Shown here one piece after another: positions 19,271 through 29,184 of a DNA stretch of 64,000 bases. The number at the start of each line of letters is the position of its first letter. The stretch's first letter is position 1. Both the position numbers and the translations under genes were made by a program. The notes under the pieces are model-generated. The model was not told where the DNA came from. It worked only from the letters and a program-made list of their open reading frames with translations, and searched no databases. Location of the stretch: positions 24,671 to 88,670 of the forward strand of contig CASEOG010000001.1 of assembly GCA_949289575.1 (NCBI GenBank). The letters run 5' to 3'. Source of the stretch: an uncultured Spirochaetales bacterium. Lineage in GTDB: Bacteria; Spirochaetota; Spirochaetia; JAFGXN01.

Positions 19271-19801
19271 ATGAACGAAGAAATGATGTGGGAAAAATGT
19301 GTCTCGTTTCACGGTCACGTATGCGGAGGGCTGACAATCGGATTCAAGGCGGCTCTTTATGCAGCCGAACAGCTTCGCCTCTCCTTTTCGAAAGACGAGG
19401 AAATTGTCTGTATTGCCGAAAACGATGCGTGCGGAGTCGATGCAATTCAGGTCATGCTCGGCTGTTCCGTCGGCAAAGGAAATCTTCTGTTTCATATCAC
19501 GGGCAAGCAGGCTTTTTCGTTTTACAACCGGCAGACAGGAGAATCGCTGCGACTGGTACTCAATCCGCGGCCGCAAAATATCTCCCGTGAGGAATCGGCC
19601 GCTTATTACCGCAGCCTCGAGCCCCGGCAGATGTTTACCGTTAAGGAAACGGTCATTCCGCTTCCCGAGCGGGCGCCCCGTTTCGATTCCTTTGTCTGCG
19701 AAGAGTGCGGCGAAACGGCCGGCACGCGGTGGCTGCGGATGGAGGGCGGGCGCCGACTGTGTGTCGACTGCTGCCGTTTAACCGACCGGTTTCATGTTTA
19801 G
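19271..19801 (+). CDS. FmdE-family protein with a C-terminal zinc-ribbon
   Basis: The FmdE motif ...CVSFHGHVCGGLTIGFKAA... is present, with a C-terminal CEECGE...CVDCC zinc-ribbon. The start is taken as the ATG at 19271, which follows an AAGGAAG ribosome-binding site. Confidence 0.6.
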   Translation: MNEEMMWEKCVSFHGHVCGGLTIGFKAALYAAEQLRLSFSKDEEIVCIAENDACGVDAIQVMLGCSVGKGNLLFHITGKQAFSFYNRQTGESLRLVLNPRPQNISREESAAYYRSLEPRQMFTVKETVIPLPERAPRFDSFVCEECGETAGTRWLRMEGGRRLCVDCCRLTDRFHV

Positions 19802-19818
19802 AGGCCGCTGCCGGCACG

Positions 19819-19857
19819 AAAAAAAAGGGAACCCGCGCAGGCGGGTTCCCTTCCTTC
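19819..19857. terminator. Bidirectional rho-independent terminator between convergent genes
   Basis: An A8 tract, then a 10-bp GC-rich perfect stem (gggaacccgc, loop gcag, gcgggttccc at 19827-19850), then ttccttc. On the minus strand it reads as a hairpin followed by T8. Confidence 0.65.
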
Positions 19858-19886
19858 GGAGCAAGCGCCGTTGCGGGCGGCCGCTC

Positions 19887-20867
19887 TTATTTTTCGAAAT
19901 CGGCAAGCGGTTTCAGAATATTGCCGAGGGCGTAGATGCTGACGGCATACTCTTTGCCGCTTCCGGCGACCGTCACGGCAAAACGCTCTTCGCCGGCGGC
20001 GGCTGCCGAAACGCAAACCGTCTGCTTTGTCCCGTCACGGAATCCGAGAACCAGGGTGACCGCGGCGTTTTCGGCCGTCACCCCCGTTGCGGGAATCACC
20101 AAATCGGCTCCTTTCAGTTCCGTAATCTGGCGCACAAACGAGTCGACTCTCATTCCGTCAATCCCTTTATCGGAGCCTTCCGCTTTCCACACCAGCTCTT
20201 TATCGTTTTCGCTTCCGACCGTGCGGATCAGAGTGTAATCGAAGGTTCCGCCCTCTTCCAGCGGCGAAGTTCCTTTCACGCTCACCGACTGGACATCGCT
20301 GCTCTTCGAAGCGTCGGCAAACAGCTTTAAATTCACCCAGTGGGAACGCTGACCGTAAAGACTCATGCCCGGATCGGACGTCTCATAAACCTGCTTGTCG
20401 CCTTCGGCGCGCACATACCGGAAACCGGGACGGTCGGCCACCGCATTACCGAACAGAAGCAGAATTTCGCTGCCGTTGTCCGAAACCAGTTTAATATAAG
20501 CGGTTGCGCTTTCGGAGGCCACCCCGAACTGTCCGTATTTTTCTTCGTTGGCCGTAATTTTTTTACCGCGCGGCAAAGCGGCCACTGCCGACAGAAAGGC
20601 GGAGACCCGGCTTGTGTCGGCGGGCGCTGCCGTTCCGTCGTAATCGACCGCCCAGAGTCCCTCTTCGGTTTCGGTGACTGTGACGGTTTTCTCTTCGGAA
20701 AAGAGTTCGATTTGATTCACTTTTTTCCCGGAGAACGAGGCCAAAAGCGGTTCGTTCTGCGCCCGGCTGCTGCGGCAGTTTCCGGAAAAGAAGATGCCGA
20801 GCAGCAACGTCAGCGTCAATACGGCGCACAAAGACGCCAGCACAATGATTTTATTTCGGTCACTCAT
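19887..20867 (-). CDS. DUF4340-domain protein (accessory to a Gld-like ABC-2 exporter)
   Basis: 326 aa with an N-terminal membrane anchor. It is the last gene of an operon that also has ATPase, ABC-2 permease and GldG-like genes. Confidence 0.5.
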   Translation of the reverse strand: MSDRNKIIVLASLCAVLTLTLLLGIFFSGNCRSSRAQNEPLLASFSGKKVNQIELFSEEKTVTVTETEEGLWAVDYDGTAAPADTSRVSAFLSAVAALPRGKKITANEEKYGQFGVASESATAYIKLVSDNGSEILLLFGNAVADRPGFRYVRAEGDKQVYETSDPGMSLYGQRSHWVNLKLFADASKSSDVQSVSVKGTSPLEEGGTFDYTLIRTVGSENDKELVWKAEGSDKGIDGMRVDSFVRQITELKGADLVIPATGVTAENAAVTLVLGFRDGTKQTVCVSAAAAGEERFAVTVAGSGKEYAVSIYALGNILKPLADFEK

Positions 20868-22498
20868 CGGACACCTCCTTTACCGGCTTTCCGTTTTCTC
20901 AAAAAGATACGGACGGTACCGAATATGATGATGCACAGCGGCACCAGCGCAATGACAAAGACTTGAACGAAAATGAAATAGGCGCGACGCGCTTCGGGAT
21001 CCTGAATCCGGTCCAGCTGCGTATTGCGCTGCACCCGGGTTCTCAACTGCAGCAAATCTTCGTCGGCGGTCAGCCACTCGACCGCATTTTGGATGAAAGT
21101 GAAGTTCTGTTCCAGATTGATGCTGAACATGTTGTAGATTTGAACGGTCATCTGATTCTGCTGATCGACAACCGCGAAATCGGTATCGCCGACGACCAGA
21201 ATGCGTCCGACAGCGGTCGAAATATCCGACACCTGCTCGAATTCGTTTGCTTCACCCGGCCGTTTGGGAATTGTTTTGCCTTTAAAGAAGCTGTCGAAAT
21301 GACCGGAGAGTGCGGCAGCGACGGTATAGCGTGCCCGCGCCTGTTCCTGCGCCGTTACGGCCATCATGGCGGCCTGCGAAAAGTCAATACCGCTGTCCAA
21401 ACCGGCTGTCCAGGCTGTACGGGCAGTTTCGGCCAAAGTGACCGTTTCGATTTTATCGTTGTTCAGCACCGCATCGGTAAAGGTCAGCGGCGACGCCCAC
21501 AACAGGTTCAACCCGTTGAAAGAGGCCGTAATCGGATGGTTTTTATTGCCGCCGGTTCCGGGAACTTTGACAAAGTACGGGTACTGAACAATCGAAAAGG
21601 CGTTGCCGGTCGGCATCAAAGCCGCATTGCAGGATGTATCGGCCAAAAGCTGCTCTTCGATACGGATACCGCACGCTTCGAGCCAGTCGGCAACGGCAGT
21701 TTCGGTTAAGGGCGAACCGCTCATGCCGTACGGCGACAGCTGCGTTTGGTGGCGGTCGGTCAGCATCAGCAGCGATCCGCCCTGCAGCAGATACTGATCG
21801 AGAACCAGCTGCTGATATTCGCTGCCGCTTTCGCCGATGACAATCACCGCTTTAAACGTCGAATCGATTTTGGTTTCGGGGGCGATGGTTTCCACGGTGT
21901 AGAGGGCGCCGAGCACCTGATGCAGAAACGCCAGCTGATTGTCGTCGGTCAGACCGGCGGTTAACGGCAACAGTCCGATTTTCCGGTTTTCTTTGTAAAC
22001 CAGCTCTTTGATTTGGCGGTTGAGGTCGTACTCCAGCGTTTCGGTTTGTGTCACCGCGGGAATCACGCTCTGTTCGCCGAGATAGGATAAAATCAATCCC
22101 GAATAGGCGACCGAACGGGAAAACTCGGTCACATTGTTTTCGCTGATTTGCAGCGGCGCCAGTCCTTTGCGGGCCGGTTCGCCGGAAGCGCCCGCTTTGT
22201 CGGAATCGATAATTTCGACCGAGATTTTTCCTTTCGAGACGGACGCATATTCCGAAATGGTGTCTTCGATTTCTTTAAAGACGGGAACGCGGTCTTTCAG
22301 TTTCGACGACAAATAAAATGTGATATTGAGATGTTCGGGGATCTCTCTGACAATCTGTTTGGTAACGGGGGAAAGCGAGTATTTACGCGAGAAGGTCAAA
22401 TCCCACCGGAAAGCGTAGACGAGGCTGTTCAATCCGACCAGAAAGAGAAGCAGGACGGAGAGAACGGTTATCAGAATTTGGGTTCGTTTCATTTTCAT
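20864..22498 (-). CDS. GldG-like ABC-type transport auxiliary component
   Basis: 544 aa with transmembrane segments at both the N- and C-termini and a large extracytoplasmic domain. It sits after the ABC-2 permease. Confidence 0.55.
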   Translation of the reverse strand: MKMKRTQILITVLSVLLLFLVGLNSLVYAFRWDLTFSRKYSLSPVTKQIVREIPEHLNITFYLSSKLKDRVPVFKEIEDTISEYASVSKGKISVEIIDSDKAGASGEPARKGLAPLQISENNVTEFSRSVAYSGLILSYLGEQSVIPAVTQTETLEYDLNRQIKELVYKENRKIGLLPLTAGLTDDNQLAFLHQVLGALYTVETIAPETKIDSTFKAVIVIGESGSEYQQLVLDQYLLQGGSLLMLTDRHQTQLSPYGMSGSPLTETAVADWLEACGIRIEEQLLADTSCNAALMPTGNAFSIVQYPYFVKVPGTGGNKNHPITASFNGLNLLWASPLTFTDAVLNNDKIETVTLAETARTAWTAGLDSGIDFSQAAMMAVTAQEQARARYTVAAALSGHFDSFFKGKTIPKRPGEANEFEQVSDISTAVGRILVVGDTDFAVVDQQNQMTVQIYNMFSINLEQNFTFIQNAVEWLTADEDLLQLRTRVQRNTQLDRIQDPEARRAYFIFVQVFVIALVPLCIIIFGTVRIFLRKRKAGKGGVR

Positions 22499-22508
22499 CG
22501 GTTCTCTC

Positions 22509-23240
22509 CTATTTCCATTTTTTCAAAATCAGAACGCGGATATTCAAATACAAAAAGAGGATGGTCATTCCCGCAAAATAGATGAAATCGCGTGAATCGA
22601 GCACTCCTTTTTTGAAGCTGTCGAAATGGTGTGTCGCAAAAAGTGTATTGATGATGCGGGCCAAAGCGTTGGGCATTTCCACCATCATCGGGAAATAACC
22701 GCTGAGAACCAGAAACGCGAGAGCCAGAATCGAGACCAAAAAAGCGCTGATCTGATTGGAGCAGAGCGAGGAGAAAAACATGCCGACGGCGATGCAGAGG
22801 GCACCGAAAAGAGCGGTTCCCAGATATTGGCCGATCATCTCTCCCGGTTCGAAGGAACCGGTAAAGGCGGTCAAAAACGGCACCGGCAGTGTGAGCGCAA
22901 TCATAATCAGAAAGAGAACAAAGGCTCCGAAAAATTTCCCCAGCACCAGCTGCGTTTCGGTAAACGGCAGGGTCAGCAGAATTTCGTCCGATTTCATTTT
23001 CTTCTCTTCCGCCCAGAGCCGCATCGTCATGGCCGGAATCACGATGATGAAGAGAAACGGAAACGAGGAGAAATAGCCGCGCAGCGAGGCGTAGTTGCCG
23101 GCAAAAAAGCCGTTAAACAGGAAAAACCAGACCGAAGCGGCGGTTAAAAAGACAACAAAAACGATGTAAGCTATCGGCGAATTGAAATAGGTCTTCAATT
23201 CTTTTTTGACAATCGGTTGAATGGCACTGTGCATCCTCAA
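22509..23240 (-). CDS. ABC-2 family transporter permease (GldF-like)
   Basis: 243 aa with six transmembrane helices. Confidence 0.65.
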   Translation of the reverse strand: MRMHSAIQPIVKKELKTYFNSPIAYIVFVVFLTAASVWFFLFNGFFAGNYASLRGYFSSFPFLFIIVIPAMTMRLWAEEKKMKSDEILLTLPFTETQLVLGKFFGAFVLFLIMIALTLPVPFLTAFTGSFEPGEMIGQYLGTALFGALCIAVGMFFSSLCSNQISAFLVSILALAFLVLSGYFPMMVEMPNALARIINTLFATHHFDSFKKGVLDSRDFIYFAGMTILFLYLNIRVLILKKWK

Positions 23241-24172
23241 ACTCCTTCATGGGTCAGGCGGATAAAGATGTCTTCCAGCCCGATTTTTTCGAAATACATT
23301 TCGGCAATCCGGTAACGGTTTTTTACCGCCCAGTCAAACAGTTCCGGCGAACGCGATTCGGAGGTCAGCTGCACGGCAGCCGTGACCCTTCCGTTTTTGG
23401 CTTCTGCCGAGCGGACGGCCGTAACCGCTTCGCACTCTTTTAACCGTTCGGCAACGGCATCGGCGTCGTCGGCTTCGACTGCCAGATGAAGCACCGGCTC
23501 GCCTTTGAGGCTCTTGCCGATTTCTTCTGTGGTTCCTTCGGCCGCAATCAGTCCGTCGTTGACAATCAGAACACGGTCGCAGACCGCTTCGACTTCCTGC
23601 AGAATATGGGTCGAAAGCAGAACCGTCTTTTCTTTCCCGATTTTTTTTATCAGATTCCGGATTTCGATAATCTGATTGGGATCGAGTCCCGTTGTCGGTT
23701 CATCGAGAATCAGGATTTCCGGTTCGTGAAGAATCGCCTGTGCCAGACCGACCCGTTGCCGGTAGCCTTTCGACAGGTTGCCGATTTCTTTATACAGAAC
23801 CGATGTCAGACCGCATTCGGCCGCCGTTTTTTCGATCCGGGCGCCTTTCTCCGCCCCGTCGATACCGCGTGCTTCGGCTATAAAATTCAGATACTCGTAA
23901 ACATTCAGGTCGGTATAAACCGGCGCCATCTCGGGCAGATATCCGATTTGGTGTTTCACCTGAAGAGGTTCGCGAATGGCATCGTAGCCGTTGAGTGTTG
24001 CCGATCCGCCGTCCGGATAATGATAGCAGGTCAGAACCTTCATAATGGTCGTCTTTCCCGCTCCGTTGGGACCGAGCAGTCCCACAATTTCTCCTTTTCC
24101 GATTGAAAAAGAGACTCCTTTCACGGCGGGAAACGTTCCGTAATTTTTTACCAGATTTTTTACTTCGATCAT
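23237..24172 (-). CDS. ABC transporter ATP-binding protein (GldA-like)
   Basis: Walker A (GPNGAGKTT), signature (LSKGYRQRV) and Walker B (LILDEP). Confidence 0.9.
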   Translation of the reverse strand: MIEVKNLVKNYGTFPAVKGVSFSIGKGEIVGLLGPNGAGKTTIMKVLTCYHYPDGGSATLNGYDAIREPLQVKHQIGYLPEMAPVYTDLNVYEYLNFIAEARGIDGAEKGARIEKTAAECGLTSVLYKEIGNLSKGYRQRVGLAQAILHEPEILILDEPTTGLDPNQIIEIRNLIKKIGKEKTVLLSTHILQEVEAVCDRVLIVNDGLIAAEGTTEEIGKSLKGEPVLHLAVEADDADAVAERLKECEAVTAVRSAEAKNGRVTAAVQLTSESRSPELFDWAVKNRYRIAEMYFEKIGLEDIFIRLTHEGV

Positions 24173-24238
24173 GATCAGATCCCTTTCCCCTTGAGTCGAT
24201 TTTCTTTTTAAAACAATAAAAAAAACAATACGTTACAA

Positions 24239-25177
24239 TTAATCTTTATTTTTTACCGGAATTGCCATTCCGTCTTTTGTCAGAAAGGTCTGCGGGAACA
24301 GTTCGCGTGCTTCGGTCAGCAGCTGCTGCAAATCGCGGTGGGTATAACGCGGCGAATAGTGAATCAGTCCCATCCGTTCGATGCCTCCCGCCTCTGCCGC
24401 AATGCGCGCAGCCTGAGCCGATGTCAGATGCTTTTTCTCGGCGGCGCTGTCGGCCAAATCGGCGGTAAACATGCCTTCGCAAATGAAGAGGTCGGAGCCG
24501 GTCACTTCCGGAGCTATCGTCGGCAGATAAGCGGTATCGGTCACAAACGAAAAGCGGCAGCCGCGTCGGGGCGGCCCCAGTACCGTTTGCGGATCGACCG
24601 GTTCGCCGTTGCCGTTCATAACCGTTTCTCCCTGCTGCAACCGGGCCCAAAGCGGACCGCGAGGCACGCCGGCGGCTTCGGCAGCGGCCGGATCGAAAAC
24701 GCCGGGACGGGGGTCTTCGACCAGTTTATACCCGACACACACTTTCGAATGATTGAGCGGAAACGAAAAGACGGAGAAGTCGTCTCCGCGGAACACTTCC
24801 CCCGGAACCGACGGATTCTCGATTTCTTTAACAATAATTTCGTAGTTGATATACATATCCAGAACCCGCCGGCTGGTTTCGATGTACTCTTTGATTTTCG
24901 GCGGACCGATGATATAAAGCGGCTCGTCGCGGTCGACCTGTGCCGAAAGCATCAGCAACCCGGGGATTCCGGTGATGTGGTCGGCATGGGTATGCGAAAC
25001 AAAAATCGCCGAAATTTTTTTCCATTTCAGATTCAGATTTCTCAGTGAAATTTGGGTTCCTTCCCCGCAGTCGAACAGAAAGAGATACCCTTCCCGACGC
25101 AGCAGAACACTGGTTAAAAATCGGTTGGGCAACGGCATCATGCCGCCGGTTCCCAGGACAAATGTTTCAAAGCTCAT
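24239..25177 (-). CDS. rnz: Ribonuclease Z / metallo-beta-lactamase-fold tRNA 3' endonuclease
   Basis: The N-terminus reads ...FVLGTGGMMP..., the metal-binding motif is VSHTHADH, and the length (312 aa) matches short-form RNase Z. Confidence 0.7.
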   Translation of the reverse strand: MSFETFVLGTGGMMPLPNRFLTSVLLRREGYLFLFDCGEGTQISLRNLNLKWKKISAIFVSHTHADHITGIPGLLMLSAQVDRDEPLYIIGPPKIKEYIETSRRVLDMYINYEIIVKEIENPSVPGEVFRGDDFSVFSFPLNHSKVCVGYKLVEDPRPGVFDPAAAEAAGVPRGPLWARLQQGETVMNGNGEPVDPQTVLGPPRRGCRFSFVTDTAYLPTIAPEVTGSDLFICEGMFTADLADSAAEKKHLTSAQAARIAAEAGGIERMGLIHYSPRYTHRDLQQLLTEARELFPQTFLTKDGMAIPVKNKD

Positions 25178-27653
25178 GAACAGGCTGCTCCTTTGCGGTT
25201 TCCGTGTTTTCCGTCGGCGGGGTCGGGGCCGTTCCGGCGGTCAGCCGAAAAACAATTTCGCCTTTCTGCATCCGGCACTCGACTTTATCGGCTTCGGGAT
25301 GTCTCAAACACTCCAATGCCAGCGGATCTTCGATGCGGGTACGGATGGCGCGCCGCATGGTTCGGGCACCGTAAACGGGATCGAAACCGGTTGCCACCAA
25401 TTCGTCGCGCACGGCGGCGGCTATCTTTAAGGTTATCCCGTTTTTGGCCAGCCGTTCGACCGTCTCGCGACACAAAAGATCGGCAATCTGTCGAATCTGC
25501 GGCTCTTTGAGGCTGTCGAATACGACGATTTCATCCAGACGGTTGATAAACTCGGGAGCCAGAAACCGTTTGGCCTCCGCCATGGCCGACTGTTTAATTT
25601 CGGCATAACTTTTCCACCCCTTTTCCTGCGAAAAGCCGAGCTGTCCCGCGCGGTTTAAATCTTTCGACCCGAGATTACTGGTCATGATAATGACCGCATT
25701 ACGGAACGAGACTTTGTGTCCGAGACTGTCAATCAGTTCTCCCTCTTCGAGAACCTGCAGCAGCAGATTAAAGACATCGGGATGCGCTTTTTCGATTTCG
25801 TCCAGCAAAACAACGCAGTACGGACGGCGGCGCACCATTCCGGAAAGCATTCCGCCCTCTTCGAAACCGACGTAACCGGGAGGCGCTCCGACCAGTTTGG
25901 ACACATTGTGTTTTTCCATATAATCGGACATATCGACACGAATCAGCGCATCGGAACTGCCGAAGAGTGTTTCGGCCAAAGTTTTGGCCAGATAGGTTTT
26001 TCCGACACCGGTCGGCCCCAGAAAAAGAAACGAACCCGACGGCCGCTGCGGCGAAGCGAAACCGACACGCGAGCGGCGGATAGCCGAAGCAACGGCGGCC
26101 ACCGCTTTGTCCTGTCCGATAACAACACGGTTCAGCTCCTCTTCCAGATGAAGCAGCCGGTGAGCCTCGCTTTCGGCCAGTTTTTCGGCGGGAATTCCCG
26201 TAGCCGTCGATACCACACGCAAAATGTCGTCTGCCGTGACAGGCAGCCGCTCTTCACTGCGTTCCCGATGCCAGACAGCAACGGCCGCAGCCAGCTCCCC
26301 TTCCAGCCGTTTGATGCGGTCGCGCTCTTTGGCTGCCTCTTCAAAGCGCTGTTCGTCAACCAGAATATTTTTCCTGAGCTTACGCTGACGGATTTTTTCC
26401 TCCAGGCGAACCACCGTTTTCGGCTTTTCGCTTTGTCGAATCCGCTTTTCGGCACCCGCTTCGTCCAAAAGGTCGATGGATTTATCCGGCTGAAACCGTT
26501 CGGTGATATAGCGTTGGGAAGCGTTAACGGCCGTTTCGACCGCCTCCCCGGTATAGACAACATGATGATGATCTGCGTAACGGCCGACTATGCCGTAGAG
26601 AATTTTTTTGGTGGCCTCTTCGTCCGGCTCATCGATATAAACATTCTGAAACCGTCGTTCCAGGGCGGAATCTTTTTCGATGCGGCGGCGGTATTCTTTC
26701 ACCGTTGTGGCTCCGATACACTGCAGCTCGCCGCGGCTGAGAGGCGGCTTCAAAATATTGGCCGCATCGATGGCCCCTTCCGAACCGCCTGCCCCGACAA
26801 TGGTGTGAATCTCGTCAATAAATAAAATGATGTTCCCCTTTTCCATCACAACCTGAAGCAGCTTCTTCAGACGGTCTTCGAACTCGCCCCGGTATTTGGT
26901 TCCGGCGACAATGGCTCCCATATCGAGATAGAGAATCCGGCGGTTCTGCAGGCCTTCGGGAACATTTCCGGCCGCAATCCGCTGCGCCAGTCCTTCCACC
27001 AAAGCGGTTTTACCGACGCCCGGTTCTCCGAGGAGAATCGGGTTGTTTTTCCGACGGCGGCTGAGAATTTTCATAACCCGCTCGATCTCTTTTTCGCGTC
27101 CGATAATCGGATCTCCCTCGCCCCTTTTCGCTTCGGCAACCATATCTTTGGAAAACAGAGAAAGAAATTCCTCTTTTTTTCGGTCCTCTTCGGTTTCACG
27201 AACGGGCCTGCGAACCGTGTCGTCGGTTTCATTCGCCTTAAAGAAAACAAGATTCCCGTTTTCGATCAGGGGACGGCATATCGAATCCGCGGTTTCGGCC
27301 GCCGTACGGAAAAGAAGCGGCACACCGGCTCTGACTCCGTTCGGAAGGAGAGCCAGCTTTCCGGAAAGAATATCCAGATAATTGCGGTAACGTTGCGAAT
27401 AGGGAGGATCCGAAACCGATTCATCGGTTATCGATTCGAAAAACCGTTTCAGCCGCAAAATCAGCTTCGACCGCGATCTTTCGGAGTCAAAACAGTCGTT
27501 TAATTTTTCTTTATCCAAAGCGGCATAAATTAAATGCTCGGGTTCGATTCGGCCCGAATGAAATTCAAGGGCCCGTTCGCGCACTTCGTTGAGCAACAGC
27601 TGCTCGGCGTCGTAATTCAGTCTTTGATGCACAAAACCTCCGCTTTTCCGCAA
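25167..27653 (-). CDS. clpC: Clp ATPase, ClpC/ClpA-type (two AAA+ modules)
   Basis: 828 aa with a Clp_N region, a first AAA+ module (GEPGVGKT) and a second (GPTGVGKT), and sensor motifs. Which start codon is used is uncertain; the ORF as called overlaps the upstream gene by 37 bp. Confidence 0.85.
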   Translation of the reverse strand: MRKSGGFVHQRLNYDAEQLLLNEVRERALEFHSGRIEPEHLIYAALDKEKLNDCFDSERSRSKLILRLKRFFESITDESVSDPPYSQRYRNYLDILSGKLALLPNGVRAGVPLLFRTAAETADSICRPLIENGNLVFFKANETDDTVRRPVRETEEDRKKEEFLSLFSKDMVAEAKRGEGDPIIGREKEIERVMKILSRRRKNNPILLGEPGVGKTALVEGLAQRIAAGNVPEGLQNRRILYLDMGAIVAGTKYRGEFEDRLKKLLQVVMEKGNIILFIDEIHTIVGAGGSEGAIDAANILKPPLSRGELQCIGATTVKEYRRRIEKDSALERRFQNVYIDEPDEEATKKILYGIVGRYADHHHVVYTGEAVETAVNASQRYITERFQPDKSIDLLDEAGAEKRIRQSEKPKTVVRLEEKIRQRKLRKNILVDEQRFEEAAKERDRIKRLEGELAAAVAVWHRERSEERLPVTADDILRVVSTATGIPAEKLAESEAHRLLHLEEELNRVVIGQDKAVAAVASAIRRSRVGFASPQRPSGSFLFLGPTGVGKTYLAKTLAETLFGSSDALIRVDMSDYMEKHNVSKLVGAPPGYVGFEEGGMLSGMVRRRPYCVVLLDEIEKAHPDVFNLLLQVLEEGELIDSLGHKVSFRNAVIIMTSNLGSKDLNRAGQLGFSQEKGWKSYAEIKQSAMAEAKRFLAPEFINRLDEIVVFDSLKEPQIRQIADLLCRETVERLAKNGITLKIAAAVRDELVATGFDPVYGARTMRRAIRTRIEDPLALECLRHPEADKVECRMQKGEIVFRLTAGTAPTPPTENTETAKEQPVHEL

Positions 27654-28672
27654 AAAATATCTTTCAGAAGATGTGCCCGCAAACTGTCGTACATCATCGG
27701 TTCCGACGATCCGGTAAAACGGTTACGAAATCGGGTCAGATAACTTTCCTTTAAAAAATCGAAAAGCCAGTTGATTGTCGAACAGGGATGATCGGCCACT
27801 CCGGCCAAAACGGCCATTCTGACTGTTTCCAAAATGTCGTACGATTCGGCCAGTGTCAGCTTCATCGAAAGATTAATCCGATCGAGAGCATCCCGATAAC
27901 GGGCCCGGATCTGCTCCGTCATACCGTTATGCCAGTCACGCCGCTTCAATCGTTCCATTTTGACAATCGTGCCGAGATTTCCCGAAAACCGGTTCATCAT
28001 TTCCTCTTCGGTTTCACCGTTTAATGCCGTGGTCGAGACCGATAAAATTCCGCAAACGGCTTCTTTCAGCACCGGACAGATGTACGGTTCGATTTTCAGA
28101 TTCTCGGCGGCCGCTATTTTCAGCAGGCGCGATCCCTCGTCCGTCTGATTGAGGGCGGGAAGAGAAAGCAGCACTTCGGCTTCGAGTCCGGCTCCGGTTC
28201 GGGTACGGTGGCTGTTCAGATAACCGTAGCGGAGCGATACCGCATAAGGAAAAATCTTTTCCAGGCGGCGGTCGATATCACTCAGACTTTCGAGAGAACG
28301 GAACGGGTCGAATTCGGACGAAACGATTCTCAATTCGATGCCCTCCCGATTCAGAAAAAAAAGTGTTGCTCCGTTTTTATCGGTATAAAAAAAGACCGGA
28401 ACGGTCATACGTCCGTAGTCGTCGGGCAAAAGTCCCCGATCGCGATAATAAAAAAATTCGTCATCGCTCATTTTTTCCGAACGGTGCAGAGTCCACTCTC
28501 CTTCCGGCAGACGGTCCATCCGCTCCGTGACCGCACCGAGAAAACGGCGGCTCTCCGCTGCCTGCATCCGTGACGGGAACAGATATCCGGTACAGTTCCG
28601 AAAGAGCGACATTCGCAAGCGGATAACGCAATCACTGTATGAAATAAAATTACTGTCGTGCATCATATCCAT
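27617..28672 (-). CDS. McsB-like ATP:guanido phosphotransferase (protein-arginine kinase homologue) with a substituted signature motif
   Basis: 351 aa. The N-terminus (...VIRLRMSLFRNCTGYLFPSRM...) aligns with the McsB N-terminus. The signature region reads YGYLNSHRTRTGAGLEAEVLLSLP where canonical McsB has GYLTSCPTNVGTGLRASV..LP. Confidence 0.55.
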   Translation of the reverse strand: MDMMHDSNFISYSDCVIRLRMSLFRNCTGYLFPSRMQAAESRRFLGAVTERMDRLPEGEWTLHRSEKMSDDEFFYYRDRGLLPDDYGRMTVPVFFYTDKNGATLFFLNREGIELRIVSSEFDPFRSLESLSDIDRRLEKIFPYAVSLRYGYLNSHRTRTGAGLEAEVLLSLPALNQTDEGSRLLKIAAAENLKIEPYICPVLKEAVCGILSVSTTALNGETEEEMMNRFSGNLGTIVKMERLKRRDWHNGMTEQIRARYRDALDRINLSMKLTLAESYDILETVRMAVLAGVADHPCSTINWLFDFLKESYLTRFRNRFTGSSEPMMYDSLRAHLLKDIFCGKAEVLCIKD

Positions 28673-28676
28673 CCGA

Positions 28677-29183
28677 TTATTCCTGCCGGAGAGCCTCTTT
28701 TTTATGCTCTATTTCAGTTTTTAAACGTTGCGCCTCGGCATAATTTTCGTTTTCCACTGCCGATTTCAGCCGGATCTCCAGATCGGGCAATTCCTGTACC
28801 GCAATCCGGCAAATTTCCATTGCTTCGGGAATCCGGCCTTTATAAATTTTATCATGAAAAAAAGAATCGTTCAACTCTTTTTCGAAAGTCACGTAACACT
28901 GCGGACAACCGGCCGTCTCTTTTTTCATCAACTGTCCCAAAGAGATTCCGCACCGGGGACAATAGACCGTCTGTGCGGGCGCTTCGCCGGAAGAGACTGT
29001 CTCCTTCATCGATCCGACGGCCCGAAAAATCGTATCCAGCACTTTTTCGAGTTGAGGATTTTTCTGATCGATACCCCGCTCTGCCGCACACTCGGCACAA
29101 AGATTGAGGTCCGATGTCTGGTTGCCCCGTGTCTGTTTAATATGAATGACGGCATCGTTTTTCTTGCAAATATCGCACTTCAT
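28677..29183 (-). CDS. McsA-like protein (four CxxC zinc-finger pairs plus a UVR domain)
   Basis: Cysteine pairs at CDIC...CAEC and CPRC...CPQC, and a C-terminal UVR-like helix (...ENENYAEAQRLKTEIE...). Confidence 0.6.
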   Translation of the reverse strand: MKCDICKKNDAVIHIKQTRGNQTSDLNLCAECAAERGIDQKNPQLEKVLDTIFRAVGSMKETVSSGEAPAQTVYCPRCGISLGQLMKKETAGCPQCYVTFEKELNDSFFHDKIYKGRIPEAMEICRIAVQELPDLEIRLKSAVENENYAEAQRLKTEIEHKKEALRQE

Positions 29184-29184
29184 T

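Noticed and set aside
24173-24238. Promoter for the Gld-like ABC operon in the 66-bp gap upstream of the ATPase gene
   Set aside because: The gap is AT-rich, but I could not find a -35/-10 pair with acceptable spacing. It is left unannotated.
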